A DNA stretch of 64,000 nucleotides, from positions 1 to 64,000 of the forward strand of contig JBDHJS010000004.1 of NCBI GenBank assembly GCA_039586795.1. Reading direction: 5' to 3'. The notes under the pieces were generated by a model that saw nothing but the letters and a program-made list of their open reading frames with translations, had not been told where the DNA came from and ran no database searches. Source of the DNA: Gemmatimonadota bacterium. Lineage in GTDB: Bacteria > Gemmatimonadota > Gemmatimonadetes > Palauibacterales > KS3-K002. Positions 48,144-58,084 of this stretch are shown piece after piece (the stretch's first letter is position 1; every line of letters starts with the position of its first letter). The position numbers were made by a program, and so were the translations under genes.

Positions 48144-49519
48144 CCAGAAAGAGCGGACTTGACCGGAGCGTTCGTCCGGTGCCAGGCTCGGCGCCGCAGA
48201 TCCGCCTTCCGCGTTTAAACCGATTCGTGCTTGGGAACGGGCTGCGGGTGGTGGCGGTGAAACACGATGACATGCCCGAAGTGTCGGCCCGGTTGCTGTT
48301 GACGTTTGGTTCCCTGGAGGACGATCGCGAGCGGGCGGGTACGGCGCTGCTGACGGCCCGGGCGCTGACCGAGGGTACGACCCGCAAGTCCGCTGGGGAA
48401 GTCGCCCGAGCCCTGGACTACCTGGGCGCTCGGTTCAGGATAGACGTCAATCACGACAGCACGATGCTGAGCCTGCGCTTCCTCAGTCGAGTATTCGACG
48501 CCGCGCTCGAGATGATGGCCGAGGTCGTTACCGGCCCCGCGTTCGATGCTTCCGAAGTGGATCGGCTTCGTGAAGAGCGCCTGGACGAGATCGCGGCGGG
48601 CATGGATGAGCCTCGCACGGTAGCGGGCCTGCGTGCGAACGAAGCGATATTCGGCACTCATCCGTACGGCCTGCGGGCTGGCGGTGTGGACGAGACCGTG
48701 CGGCGCATAGATGAGGAGGCGCTGCGAGCGTTTCACTCATGCCGCTACACACCCAGTGAAGCTACGCTCATAATGGTCGGCGATCTGCCGGAACAGGCAG
48801 AGCTCGAACGCAGTCTCGAGTCGACGTTGGGCTGCTGGCAAGGTGAGGCAGGCGAGCGAAAGGTCATCGAAGCCGCCGAGTCGACACCGGGTCGCCGCAT
48901 TTGGGCCATCAACTGGCCCGGCCCGCAATCCGAGATCCGAGTCGGAGATGTGGCGATATCGCGTAGCGATCCCGATTACGCCCCCGCCCTGATCATGAAC
49001 GCCATCCTGGGTGGTCTATTCAGCTCCCGCATCAACATGAACCTGCGGGAGGACAAAGGTTGGACCTACGGTGCCGGCTCGCGCGTCGAAGCTCGCAAAC
49101 TTCGCGGCCCGTTTCTCGTTGCCACAGCGGTTGACTCACGTGCGAGCGTCGGCGCGGTACAGGAGATTCTCGGCGAGATGGAGCGGATGAAGAGCGACCC
49201 GGCTAGCGAAGAGGAGATGGAGTTGGCCATCAACTCGCTGACTCTGTCGCTGCCGCGGTTGTTCGAGACGGTGGGGCAGGTGTCCGGCCGCGTAGCGCAC
49301 CAAGTGTTGCATGACCTTCCTGACGAGTATTGGGAATCCTACGCCGATCTGATTCGCGCTGTGACTCGAGAAGACGTGCAGCGCATTTCTAAACGGCTTC
49401 TGGACACGGATCGATCGGCGATCGTCATCGTGGGCCCGATCGACGAGTTCCGTTCCGAGCTCGAAGAGTTGGGACGGGTCGAAAGTCGCGACGTGTTCGG
49501 CAACCTCTCCGACAGCTGA
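48140..49519 (+). CDS. M16 peptidase, non-catalytic partner subunit
   Basis: No HXXEH; SSRINMNLREDKGWTY motif. Confidence 0.9.
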   Translation: MTRKSGLDRSVRPVPGSAPQIRLPRLNRFVLGNGLRVVAVKHDDMPEVSARLLLTFGSLEDDRERAGTALLTARALTEGTTRKSAGEVARALDYLGARFRIDVNHDSTMLSLRFLSRVFDAALEMMAEVVTGPAFDASEVDRLREERLDEIAAGMDEPRTVAGLRANEAIFGTHPYGLRAGGVDETVRRIDEEALRAFHSCRYTPSEATLIMVGDLPEQAELERSLESTLGCWQGEAGERKVIEAAESTPGRRIWAINWPGPQSEIRVGDVAISRSDPDYAPALIMNAILGGLFSSRINMNLREDKGWTYGAGSRVEARKLRGPFLVATAVDSRASVGAVQEILGEMERMKSDPASEEEMELAINSLTLSLPRLFETVGQVSGRVAHQVLHDLPDEYWESYADLIRAVTREDVQRISKRLLDTDRSAIVIVGPIDEFRSELEELGRVESRDVFGNLSDS

Positions 49520-49544
49520 CGTCTTCAGGACGTCGTCCAGAACG

Positions 49545-50924
49545 ATGAGCGAACCCATCACGGTCCGCCTGCTCGACATCTTCCGCATCGGGATCGGACC
49601 TAGCTCCAGCCATACAGTTGGGCCAATGCGCGCCGCGCTGGGATTCCGCGACGCTTGCATCGATTCGAGCATTTACCCGGACCGTATCGAGGTCGATCTC
49701 AAGGGGTCACTCAGTGCCACGGGCCGTGGCCACGCCACCGATCTGGCGGTGTTGGCGGGGCTCTGTGGTTGGTACCCGGAGACATGCGATATCGATGCCT
49801 TCCACGCTCTCCGAGACAGGCTGGCCGAGGACCCGACCGTCGACTGGGGCGACGGCACAGTACCGATTGACCCCACCCGTATCCGATTTCTGAAGTACAG
49901 CGAGTATCGCGATGAGGTGCTTCCTCACCCCAATACGATGGTCTGCCGAGCCGTGGCGTCGAGCGAAGTCGTGTTCGAGCAGACCTGGTGCTCCGTCGGC
50001 GGGGGCTTTGTGCGGAGCGCCGATGAGCCGGACGGCGAGATCTGGACGCCGCCCCCGTCACCACCTCGCTACCCATTCCATGATTGCTCATCGCTGGTCG
50101 AGGCTGCCTCAGAGCTCGGCGGTTCCATAGGTGATCTCGTGCTCGCCAACGAGGAGGCGTGGGAGGAAAGCCCCCGTGCGACGGTTGAGGGTCTGGACCG
50201 CGTCTGGGAGACCTTCAAAGCCTGCATCTCCCGGGGCCTCGAGCAGCACGGAGTCTTGCCGGGCGGACTGGGCGTCGTGCGCCGAGCGTCGGAAATGATC
50301 AGACGATTGGAGTCAGGTGAGATCGACAACACCTATGCGCCAGTCGCTCGGGCACAGGCGTACGCATTTGCCGTCAACGAGGAGAACGCCGCCGGGGGAC
50401 GCGTTGTCACGGCGCCGACTAACGGCGCTGCCGGGATCGTGCCCGCGGTGCTAGTCGAAGCTGCGGAGCGACTCGATCTGACTCGTGATGCTATTCATAG
50501 AGCGCTCGCGACGGCGGGTGCCGTCGCCATGCTGGTCAAGACGCACGCCAGCCTATCGGGCGCCGAGATTGGCTGTCAGGGCGAGGTGGGAACTGCCACG
50601 GCGATGGCGGCGGCCGCGTTGTGCCAGATCCACGGGGGAGACAACAGACAGATCGAAAACGCCGCCGAGATCGCTATCGAGCACAATCTCGGTCTTACCT
50701 GTGATCCCATCAAAGGCCTCGTCCAGGCGCCCTGCATCGAACGCAATGCGATGGGCGTGGCAAAGGCTTGGAGCGCCGCGCAGCTTTCGCTTCACTCCGT
50801 CGTCGACCCCGTCGTCAGTCTCGACCGCGTGATACGCGTGATGAAGCGCACCGGTGACGACATGCGGCGTGAATACAAGGAGACGAGCGAAGGCGGATTG
50901 GCGGTATCCCTGCCCGAGTGCTAG
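49545..50924 (+). CDS. sdaA: L-serine ammonia-lyase (Fe-S)
   Basis: [35 protein letters not shown]. Confidence 0.95.
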   Translation: MSEPITVRLLDIFRIGIGPSSSHTVGPMRAALGFRDACIDSSIYPDRIEVDLKGSLSATGRGHATDLAVLAGLCGWYPETCDIDAFHALRDRLAEDPTVDWGDGTVPIDPTRIRFLKYSEYRDEVLPHPNTMVCRAVASSEVVFEQTWCSVGGGFVRSADEPDGEIWTPPPSPPRYPFHDCSSLVEAASELGGSIGDLVLANEEAWEESPRATVEGLDRVWETFKACISRGLEQHGVLPGGLGVVRRASEMIRRLESGEIDNTYAPVARAQAYAFAVNEENAAGGRVVTAPTNGAAGIVPAVLVEAAERLDLTRDAIHRALATAGAVAMLVKTHASLSGAEIGCQGEVGTATAMAAAALCQIHGGDNRQIENAAEIAIEHNLGLTCDPIKGLVQAPCIERNAMGVAKAWSAAQLSLHSVVDPVVSLDRVIRVMKRTGDDMRREYKETSEGGLAVSLPEC

Positions 50925-51615
50925 TCGAAATTCCGTTCCACTGGTCAGGCATAAGTCCACGTTCCTTGCACAACGCACGACCGCCCAACTCACGCGAGCG
51001 GCGGGACTCGATAAAGTCTTCCGTGCTCGAAAACGCCCGAACACAGCGCTTCTCGACGTTCGGTTTATTTTCGGCTATCTTATATGCAGCAGCGGCCGAG
51101 CGGCGATTCGATCGAAGCGGGGCAGTGACGAGGGGCAAGGCCGGAACTGCTTGTTTTTAATGCAGTTAGACCTCTTCTCAGCTTTCGTTTCGCTGTCGTA
51201 CGCCTCCCGTGTGGAAACCCTCGCGGCCAGCCAGGCATCTATAAGTAATGGAGAGCATCGCCGTCCACATTGGGCCCTTAGCGCCGTGTTAGGGCGGCTC
51301 AACAGCGTTTCAGCGGGCACATGTACGGGAGGGTGCGGGCAGAACTACTGAAAACATTTCAGGTGGAGCGGCCAGGCGGATCCGAAGTCCGGAAGTGTGT
51401 GGTGGTCCTAAGTTTTTGCAGATAGGCCACTTAGGGCGCCTGCGAGGATTGCGGGGCGGCCAAGGGAAGTGCGGGAATGGAATCTGCACTTTGCCGGGCT
51501 GGAGAAAAGGGAGGACCTGGCCATGATCGAAGACAGAAGACAGCACGGCGTCGCCCTGTTGGACAGGGAAGGGAGCCCGGCGGAGGAGGCGTCGTCGGAA
51601 TACGGGCAGGGGGAC

Positions 51616-52245
51616 ATGACACAGGTCACAGCAAAGAGAACACGACAGGCCAAAGTCGAAGAGTCGCTGTCCAGCTTGGCAGACAACGAGCTGGTGGCGA
51701 GTTTTCTCGACGGGAATGCCCTGGCGTTTCCGGAGCTGGTGTCGCGCTACCAGTCTCGGTTGCTGAACTTCATCTACCGAACCATCGGTGATCGCGACCG
51801 AGCTGAGGACCTGGTACAGGAGACCTTTATACGCGTCTACCGGCACCTGCACCGGTTCGACCAGTCTAAGAAGTTTTCAACGTGGATTTACACGATAGCG
51901 AGCAACCTGGCCAAGAACGAGCTGCGGAATCGCTCGCGCAACCCGCTGGTGTTGTTCCAGACGATCAAGAAGAACTGGGAAGCGGATCACCGCCCGCTGC
52001 AATGGGAGGATCCGCATTACCGGCCGGACGACCTGTTCCGCAAGCGTCATCTGCGAGACATGGTGGAGAAGGCCGTTCAGCAACTTCCGGAGCATCATCG
52101 AGCCGTGTTCGTGCTCAGGGAGATGGAAGGAAAGACGTACGAAGAGATCTCTGAGATCACCGGCGTCAATTTGGGCACGGTGAAATCGAGATTGAACCGA
52201 GCGCGAAACAATTTCGCGCAGATCATAGCCCCGATGTTGAGGTGA
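51616..52245 (+). CDS. ECF RNA polymerase sigma factor (start may lie up to ~150 nt further upstream)
   Basis: AEDLVQETF, FSTWIYTIASN, YEEIS..GTVKSRLNRAR. Confidence 0.93.
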   Translation: MTQVTAKRTRQAKVEESLSSLADNELVASFLDGNALAFPELVSRYQSRLLNFIYRTIGDRDRAEDLVQETFIRVYRHLHRFDQSKKFSTWIYTIASNLAKNELRNRSRNPLVLFQTIKKNWEADHRPLQWEDPHYRPDDLFRKRHLRDMVEKAVQQLPEHHRAVFVLREMEGKTYEEISEITGVNLGTVKSRLNRARNNFAQIIAPMLR

Positions 52246-52281
52246 ATCAGGCACGTATCAATTTTGTTAGCGATCTTACTA

Positions 52282-52312
52282 GGGGCGGCCGGGTGGCCGC
52301 CCCGACTTTTTT
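52282..52312 (+). terminator. Rho-independent terminator
   Basis: ggggcggcc-gggt-ggccgcccc then T6. Confidence 0.8.
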
Positions 52313-52434
52313 CCTCTAGATTTCCGGCAACATCAGAACACGCCCAACCTCAGAAACTCACAGGCCGGTGGAAGTGGCTTCGGCCAGCCGATTTCCGTGC
52401 CCCCAGGGCGCGGAGCGGGGCCGGTTTTTTGGGT

Positions 52435-52461
52435 GGAACTCCAGGCCCGCAGATGAGTAGA
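52435..52461 (+). promoter_or_regulatory. Candidate ECF-sigma promoter
   Basis: GGAACT-N16-GTAGA upstream of the anti-sigma gene. Confidence 0.45.
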
Positions 52462-52521
52462 TAGAGGGCGACAACGGTTCAGTGCGCGGGGACCAAACGG
52501 AAGAGCGTTCCGAGCGACAGA

Positions 52522-53085
52522 ATGGACTGCGAAGAGTTTCTTGAAGATTACTCGGACTACTTTGACTGGCGTCTCGAGGAGCGTCCAGTCCAAGAGTACC
52601 GAGAGCACTTATCGAGTTGTGACGCTTGCACGGAATACGACCGGGTGATGCGTAACGGCCTTCATCTTGTCAAGGATCTGGGGGCGCCGGAGCCGGTCGA
52701 CGACTGCCTGTCACGCGTGCAACAGCGTGTTCATGCGTTGGATAGGCAGCTGGTTCACGGCATGGGTCGCCTTCGGTTTGCGGTTGCCGTCGCCGGCGTC
52801 ACAGCCGTGACGGTGATGTTCATTACGTCGCTTCCGTTCTTCCGACCTGGAGAATCAGTCGAGCTGCCGCCGGTGGTTGTGGAGATCCACCCCTCGACGG
52901 ACGAGGTCCCGTCGGTGTTCGGTCCGGCGCCGAAGCTCGCACCGCCGGCGAGCCTGCTGCGCGTTCCGAGCCTCGCCACCGAAGGCCTGCTGGCTACTCC
53001 ACCTGAGCAGATCCCACTCTTCCGCACGCCGCTAAGAACGACGGCCGTCCAGGCCAGAGTCAGCGATGAGGCGGTAGCCCGCTAG
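52522..53085 (+). CDS. Zinc-binding anti-sigma factor (ZAS/zf-HC2)
   Basis: MDC..HLSSCDAC, single TM helix. Confidence 0.85.
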   Translation: MDCEEFLEDYSDYFDWRLEERPVQEYREHLSSCDACTEYDRVMRNGLHLVKDLGAPEPVDDCLSRVQQRVHALDRQLVHGMGRLRFAVAVAGVTAVTVMFITSLPFFRPGESVELPPVVVEIHPSTDEVPSVFGPAPKLAPPASLLRVPSLATEGLLATPPEQIPLFRTPLRTTAVQARVSDEAVAR

Positions 53086-53137
53086 CCACCCGGAAAGCTA
53101 TGTTGACAGTCTTCGAGCCCGTGTCCATTACTTGGAT

Positions 53138-54196
53138 ATGGGTGAGCTGACGTTTGACAAGCTTGGCGACCGTCTGGCTGGAGGGCAGCTGGGCGGGAGC
53201 TACTTCCTTAAGACGGACGACCCCTTCCTTCGCGACGAAGCGATTGTGCTCCTGACGCAGGCGCACCTTGGCGGCGGCTCTTCTGATTTCGATCTCGATC
53301 AGCTCAGCGGGTCGGAGATAGATGCAGCGACGCTGGCCGCAGTGCTGGAAACGCCACCGATGCTGTCGGAGTATCGTATGGTGATCGTAAGGGACGCGCA
53401 GGGGCTGACTCCGACGGCCCGCTCGGTGGTGGAAGGGGCGATATCGACGGACGTGCGCAGTCGGGTGCTGGTGATCACGGCGGATATTCCTCGGGGATCG
53501 AAGGCGAAGTTCTACGACACGCTCCGCAAGAAGTGCGTCACGGTGTCGCTGAAGGCGCCTCAGCCATCGGAGCTGCCGGGCTGGCTGGCGAAACGGGCCC
53601 GGGCGGTTCACGACGTGGAGCTGGATATCCAAGCGGCCCAACTCCTGGCGGCAGGGATTGGGCCGCGTCTGGGCGTTCTGGCCCAGGAGTTGGAGAAGTT
53701 GGCCAACTACGTCGATCCGGCGAAGCGAATCAGAACGGAGGATGCGCGAGCGGGGATGGGCGCACTGCCGCAGGTGGATCGCTGGCAGTGGATCGACAAG
53801 GTGGCCGATCGACAACTCGGGGCGGCACTGTCCGAGTTGGGAGATCTGCTGGACTCCGGAGAAAGCCCCGTGGCGCTCATCGGTGCGATCACGGAGGCGC
53901 TGGTGCGGGTCGGTCTGGCTTTGGAGGGCGAGAACGCGCTGGTGCGCGTTCTGAAACGTGACGGTACATACCGCAATCTGGGTTGGAAGGTGAAGAGCAT
54001 CGTGAGGCAGGCGCGGCGATGGTCCCGGGAAGAGATTGACGTCGCCTTGGAGGAGCTGTTCCAGGCGGATCGTTTGATCAAGTCCGGAGGACTAGCGCCG
54101 CCTGAGGCACTCGAAGAAGCGCTCCTACGGATAGGTGCGATGGATACCGGTGGAAGGCGCGTGACGACGACGGGTGCGGGAGGACGACGTGGCTAA
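53138..54196 (+). CDS. holA: DNA polymerase III subunit delta
   Basis: TPPM..RMVIV, QELEKLANY, DRLIKSG. Confidence 0.88.
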   Translation: MGELTFDKLGDRLAGGQLGGSYFLKTDDPFLRDEAIVLLTQAHLGGGSSDFDLDQLSGSEIDAATLAAVLETPPMLSEYRMVIVRDAQGLTPTARSVVEGAISTDVRSRVLVITADIPRGSKAKFYDTLRKKCVTVSLKAPQPSELPGWLAKRARAVHDVELDIQAAQLLAAGIGPRLGVLAQELEKLANYVDPAKRIRTEDARAGMGALPQVDRWQWIDKVADRQLGAALSELGDLLDSGESPVALIGAITEALVRVGLALEGENALVRVLKRDGTYRNLGWKVKSIVRQARRWSREEIDVALEELFQADRLIKSGGLAPPEALEEALLRIGAMDTGGRRVTTTGAGGRRG

Positions 54197-55028
54197 GGGT
54201 CTTGGCGGTAGCGTGAGGTTTTGGTGTGGGCTGGTCGCAGTGTGCCTATCGGTCAGTTCGATCGGTGTGAGCCAAGCGATGACGCAAGAAGAATCCGCAC
54301 TGGACAGGGCCGAGCGACTGGCCAACGAGGGTGAAATTCGCGAAGCGCGACAGGCGTTGGCCAGTTGGGAGAGCGAGCACGGCGAGCTGGCGCCGCTGAA
54401 TGAGCGGGTGCGTGCGTGGTACATCAGCGCGCGCTTGACGGAGGACGCGTCCGAGGCGGAGCTACTCTATTTGAGAGTGATCATAGAGGGATCGAGCACC
54501 CGCTATGCGGATGACGCCTTGTTGCGGCTCGGACAGTACATGTATACGACGCAGGCCCATGATCGGGCGATTGACTACATGGTGCGCTTGAGGCGTGATT
54601 ACCCGACCAGCGAACATGCTCCCGAAGCACTGCTGTGGATCGCGCGCTCCGCCCGGGCATTGGGGGACAACGAGCGGTCCTGTGCGGCGGCGGAGCAGGG
54701 GCTTAGCGAGCTGGCGCCGGCGGCGAATCCCGATCTCGAGATCGCGTTGCTGGAGCAGAGTCGCGGCTGCCGGGACACCGAGGGTAGCTATACCGTGCAA
54801 GTCGCGGCGTTCAGAGACGAGGTGGCGGCGCAGAACCTGGCGCGCGAGCTTCTGTCCATGGGATTCGATGCGTGGGTGCTGGGCGCCACGAGTGAAGACC
54901 CAGTACATCGCGTGCGGGTGGGGCGCCGACTGATAAGGGGCGAAGCGGAGGCGTTGCACGAGCGCCTGACCCGAATGGGCTATTCGCCGTTCATCGTGCA
55001 GCAGCAGCAGCCTGCGGGTGGTAGCTGA
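54189..55028 (+). CDS. Periplasmic TPR + SPOR domain protein
   Basis: Signal peptide, YPTS..APEALL, YTVQVAAF..HRVRVG. Confidence 0.85.
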   Translation: MAKGLGGSVRFWCGLVAVCLSVSSIGVSQAMTQEESALDRAERLANEGEIREARQALASWESEHGELAPLNERVRAWYISARLTEDASEAELLYLRVIIEGSSTRYADDALLRLGQYMYTTQAHDRAIDYMVRLRRDYPTSEHAPEALLWIARSARALGDNERSCAAAEQGLSELAPAANPDLEIALLEQSRGCRDTEGSYTVQVAAFRDEVAAQNLARELLSMGFDAWVLGATSEDPVHRVRVGRRLIRGEAEALHERLTRMGYSPFIVQQQQPAGGS

Positions 55029-55067
55029 CTGAAGGATCACCTCGACCGAGTTGGAGATACAGCGCAG

Positions 55068-57680
55068 TTGTCCAAGGCAGCAAACACGCCGTTGATGCGA
55101 CAGTACCTCGAGATGAAGGGGCGCCATCCCGACGCGATCCTCTTCTTCCAGGTCGGGGATTTCTACGAGATGTTCTTCGATGACGCTGAAGAAGCTTCCC
55201 GCCTTCTCAACCTCACACTCACCTCCCGAAACAACGGCGAAGCGGCTGACGTCCCACTTGCTGGAGTGCCGATCAAGGCGGCGCAAGAGTACCTGCAAAA
55301 GCTGGTGCAGATGGGGCGCCGGGTGGCGATATGCCAGCAGGTAGAAGATGCGGCCCAGGCTCAGGGACTGGTCCGGCGCGAGGTTGTCGAGATGGTGACG
55401 CCGGGAGTCGTTCTTTCCGACGCGTTGCTGTCCGCAGCTCAGAACAACTTCATGGCGGCGATCGCCGGGTCGGAAGACGGGGCGAATGTGGGACTGGCGT
55501 GGGCAGACATCTCAACCGGTGAGTTCTATTGCGCCGTCGTGCCGCATCCGGAATTGGGCTCCGAGTTGGACCGTGTCGATGCTCGCGAGATTCTATTCCC
55601 TCGGTCCTGGGATACGGGCGACGGTACCTTAGCGAACAGGTCGAATCGTCCCTGCGTATTCCGCGACGATTGGTGCTTCGACGTCGAAATCACCGGCGAA
55701 GCGATATGCCGCCACTTCAAGATCAAGAGCCTGACCAGCCTGGGTTTGACGGAAGAGGGCGATGAGCTCGCGGTGCGAGCCGCAGGCGCATTACTCGCTT
55801 ATCTGCTCGATGTACAGCCGGGCGGAGGCAGCCAGCTCAAGCCACCGTACATCGAGAGGGAAAGCGCCGCGCTCCACATGGACGAGATGACGCGTCGCAA
55901 CCTAGAGGTTGTGCGGCCGATGCGCGCGGATTCGGGGGGGACGGCGCTGCTCGATGTCGTGGATGGGACGCTCACACCGATGGGCGCTCGATTGCTGCGA
56001 TCGTTCCTGCTCCGACCGCTCGCCAACGCGGCGGCGATTCGCCGACGCCTGGACGCCGTCGAGGAACTATACGAAGACGGCCAACGGCGGAAACAGGTCA
56101 GGTCGGCGCTGAAGGCGGTACGAGATCTGGAGCGCCTGGCGGGGAAAGCCGGCGCCGGCCGCTCGACGCCGCGCGACCTGCTGGCCTTGGCGGCATCGCT
56201 CGCCTCGGCGCCACCGCTGGTCGAGGCGTTGCAGGCGCCGACGGCGCAAGAACTAACCGAAGTACTGAAGGACTTTGACCCGGTCGAGGACGTCGCTGAG
56301 CTTCTGGAGCGGGCGATCGATCCCGAGGCCCCGGCCGCGTTGTCGGACGGCGGGGTGATACGAACCGGATACTCGTCGGAGCTGGATGAGTTGAGGTCGG
56401 TTCGCGATGGTGCGGTGGGCTGGATTGCGGAGCTTCAGGGTCGAGAGCGTGAGCGCACGGGTATCGCCTCGCTGAAGGTCGGGTACAACAAAGTATTCGG
56501 CTACTACATCGAGGTAAGCAAACCGAACCTGAGCAAAGTACCGGACGACTATCAGCGTCGTCAGACCCTCACCAACGCCGAGCGGTTCGTGACGCCGGAG
56601 CTCAAGGAGTGGGAATCCAAGGTCTTGAGTGCCGAGGAGCGGATCGGTGATCTGGAACAAATGTTGTTTCGGGACATTCGTGACCAGGTCGCCGCAGAGG
56701 TTGTCAGGTTGCAGGACCTGGCGCAGCGGGTTGCCAGGATCGACGTGTTCTCTTCGTTGGCGCAGGTGGCGGAGCGAAATGACTACATCCGCCCGAGCAT
56801 CGATGAAGAGGATCGACTGGAGATCAGCGGCGGCCGACATCCCGTCGTAGAGCGCATGATGCCGCGTGAGCAATTCGTTCCCAACGACATTCGCCTCGAT
56901 ACCGAGGAGCGAGTCATCATACTGACTGGCCCCAACATGGCGGGCAAGTCAACGATCCTGCGCCAGGTCGGCCTGATCACGCTTCTCGCGCAGGCTGGGT
57001 CATTCATCCCGGCGGACGCGGGCGCGATCGGCGTGATCGATCGAATGTTCACGCGCGTCGGGGCTAGCGACAACATCGCTACGGGCCACAGTACGTTCAT
57101 GGTCGAAATGATCGAGACCGCCGCGATACTCAATGGCGCAACCGATCGCAGCCTTGTCCTGCTGGACGAGATCGGCCGCGGAACATCGACTTATGACGGT
57201 GTGTCCATCGCGTGGGCGGTGACAGAGCACATTCACGAGCGCGTCCAGGCGAAGACCATATTTGCCACTCACTACCACGAGTTGACGCAGATTTGCGATA
57301 TCTTGCCTTCCGCTGCTGCTTGGAACGTGGCCGTCAAGGAGGTGGGCGACGACATTGTATTCTTGCGGAGGCTCGAACCGGGTGGCGCCGATCGATCGTA
57401 TGGGGTCCAGGTGGCGCGGCTCGCCGGTTTGCCCCGAGATGTCATCGAACGGGCGCGTCAGATCCTCAAGGACCTGGAAGGTGTAGAAGTGGACGGAGGG
57501 TCCGGCGTCGGGCGCCGAGGCCGATTGCCAAGCTCGGCCGATCAGACGCAGCTTTCACTCTTCCAGGTTACGGAAAGTCCGGTGTTGGAGCGGCTGCGCG
57601 GCCTTGAACTGAACGAAATGACTCCGCTGGAAGCGCTCAACATCCTCACGGAGTTGAGACGGCAACTGGAGGACGCGTGA
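55068..57680 (+). CDS. mutS: DNA mismatch repair protein MutS
   Basis: TPLMRQY, GDFYEMF, GPNMAGKST, DEIGRGT, THYHEL. Confidence 0.98.
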   Translation: MSKAANTPLMRQYLEMKGRHPDAILFFQVGDFYEMFFDDAEEASRLLNLTLTSRNNGEAADVPLAGVPIKAAQEYLQKLVQMGRRVAICQQVEDAAQAQGLVRREVVEMVTPGVVLSDALLSAAQNNFMAAIAGSEDGANVGLAWADISTGEFYCAVVPHPELGSELDRVDAREILFPRSWDTGDGTLANRSNRPCVFRDDWCFDVEITGEAICRHFKIKSLTSLGLTEEGDELAVRAAGALLAYLLDVQPGGGSQLKPPYIERESAALHMDEMTRRNLEVVRPMRADSGGTALLDVVDGTLTPMGARLLRSFLLRPLANAAAIRRRLDAVEELYEDGQRRKQVRSALKAVRDLERLAGKAGAGRSTPRDLLALAASLASAPPLVEALQAPTAQELTEVLKDFDPVEDVAELLERAIDPEAPAALSDGGVIRTGYSSELDELRSVRDGAVGWIAELQGRERERTGIASLKVGYNKVFGYYIEVSKPNLSKVPDDYQRRQTLTNAERFVTPELKEWESKVLSAEERIGDLEQMLFRDIRDQVAAEVVRLQDLAQRVARIDVFSSLAQVAERNDYIRPSIDEEDRLEISGGRHPVVERMMPREQFVPNDIRLDTEERVIILTGPNMAGKSTILRQVGLITLLAQAGSFIPADAGAIGVIDRMFTRVGASDNIATGHSTFMVEMIETAAILNGATDRSLVLLDEIGRGTSTYDGVSIAWAVTEHIHERVQAKTIFATHYHELTQICDILPSAAAWNVAVKEVGDDIVFLRRLEPGGADRSYGVQVARLAGLPRDVIERARQILKDLEGVEVDGGSGVGRRGRLPSSADQTQLSLFQVTESPVLERLRGLELNEMTPLEALNILTELRRQLEDA

Positions 57681-58084
57681 GACGGATTCTGATGGTGGGG
57701 CTGATCGTGGCGACCGTAGCGGTTGCCTACGCTGCCGCTGCCGAGCGGCTCAGCTTTGATGGGCTGTTCCGCAAGCGAGTACAGAGACTGCCAGCACTGC
57801 GCACCCAGGAGATGCCGTTTCGCTACCCGGTCAGACTCTGGAGGAACGGCATCGAGGGCGAAGTCTTGCTCAGGGTCCACATCAGCGAAGCGGGTACGGT
57901 GGACTCGGTCGAGATTTCACGCTCGAGCGGTCACGCCGAGCTCGATTCAATAGCGCTGGTGGGGGCCTGGGAGCTCGAGTACCACCCGGCGACTATCGGT
58001 AGCAAGACGGTAGCGGTATGGGCGGCCCTACCCGTCCGCTTTCAGCGATATTCTACGAACGTCAGGCAGGAAGAGAGGGAGTGA
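57677..58084 (+). CDS. TonB C-terminal domain protein
   Basis: TM helix, YP..GIEGEV, SSGHAELD. Confidence 0.8.
   Translation: MRRILMVGLIVATVAVAYAAAAERLSFDGLFRKRVQRLPALRTQEMPFRYPVRLWRNGIEGEVLLRVHISEAGTVDSVEISRSSGHAELDSIALVGAWELEYHPATIGSKTVAVWAALPVRFQRYSTNVRQEERE

Noticed and set aside
50854..51351. 165-aa ORF in the long intergenic region
   Set aside because: Overlaps the sdaA end, no RBS, no recognisable motifs
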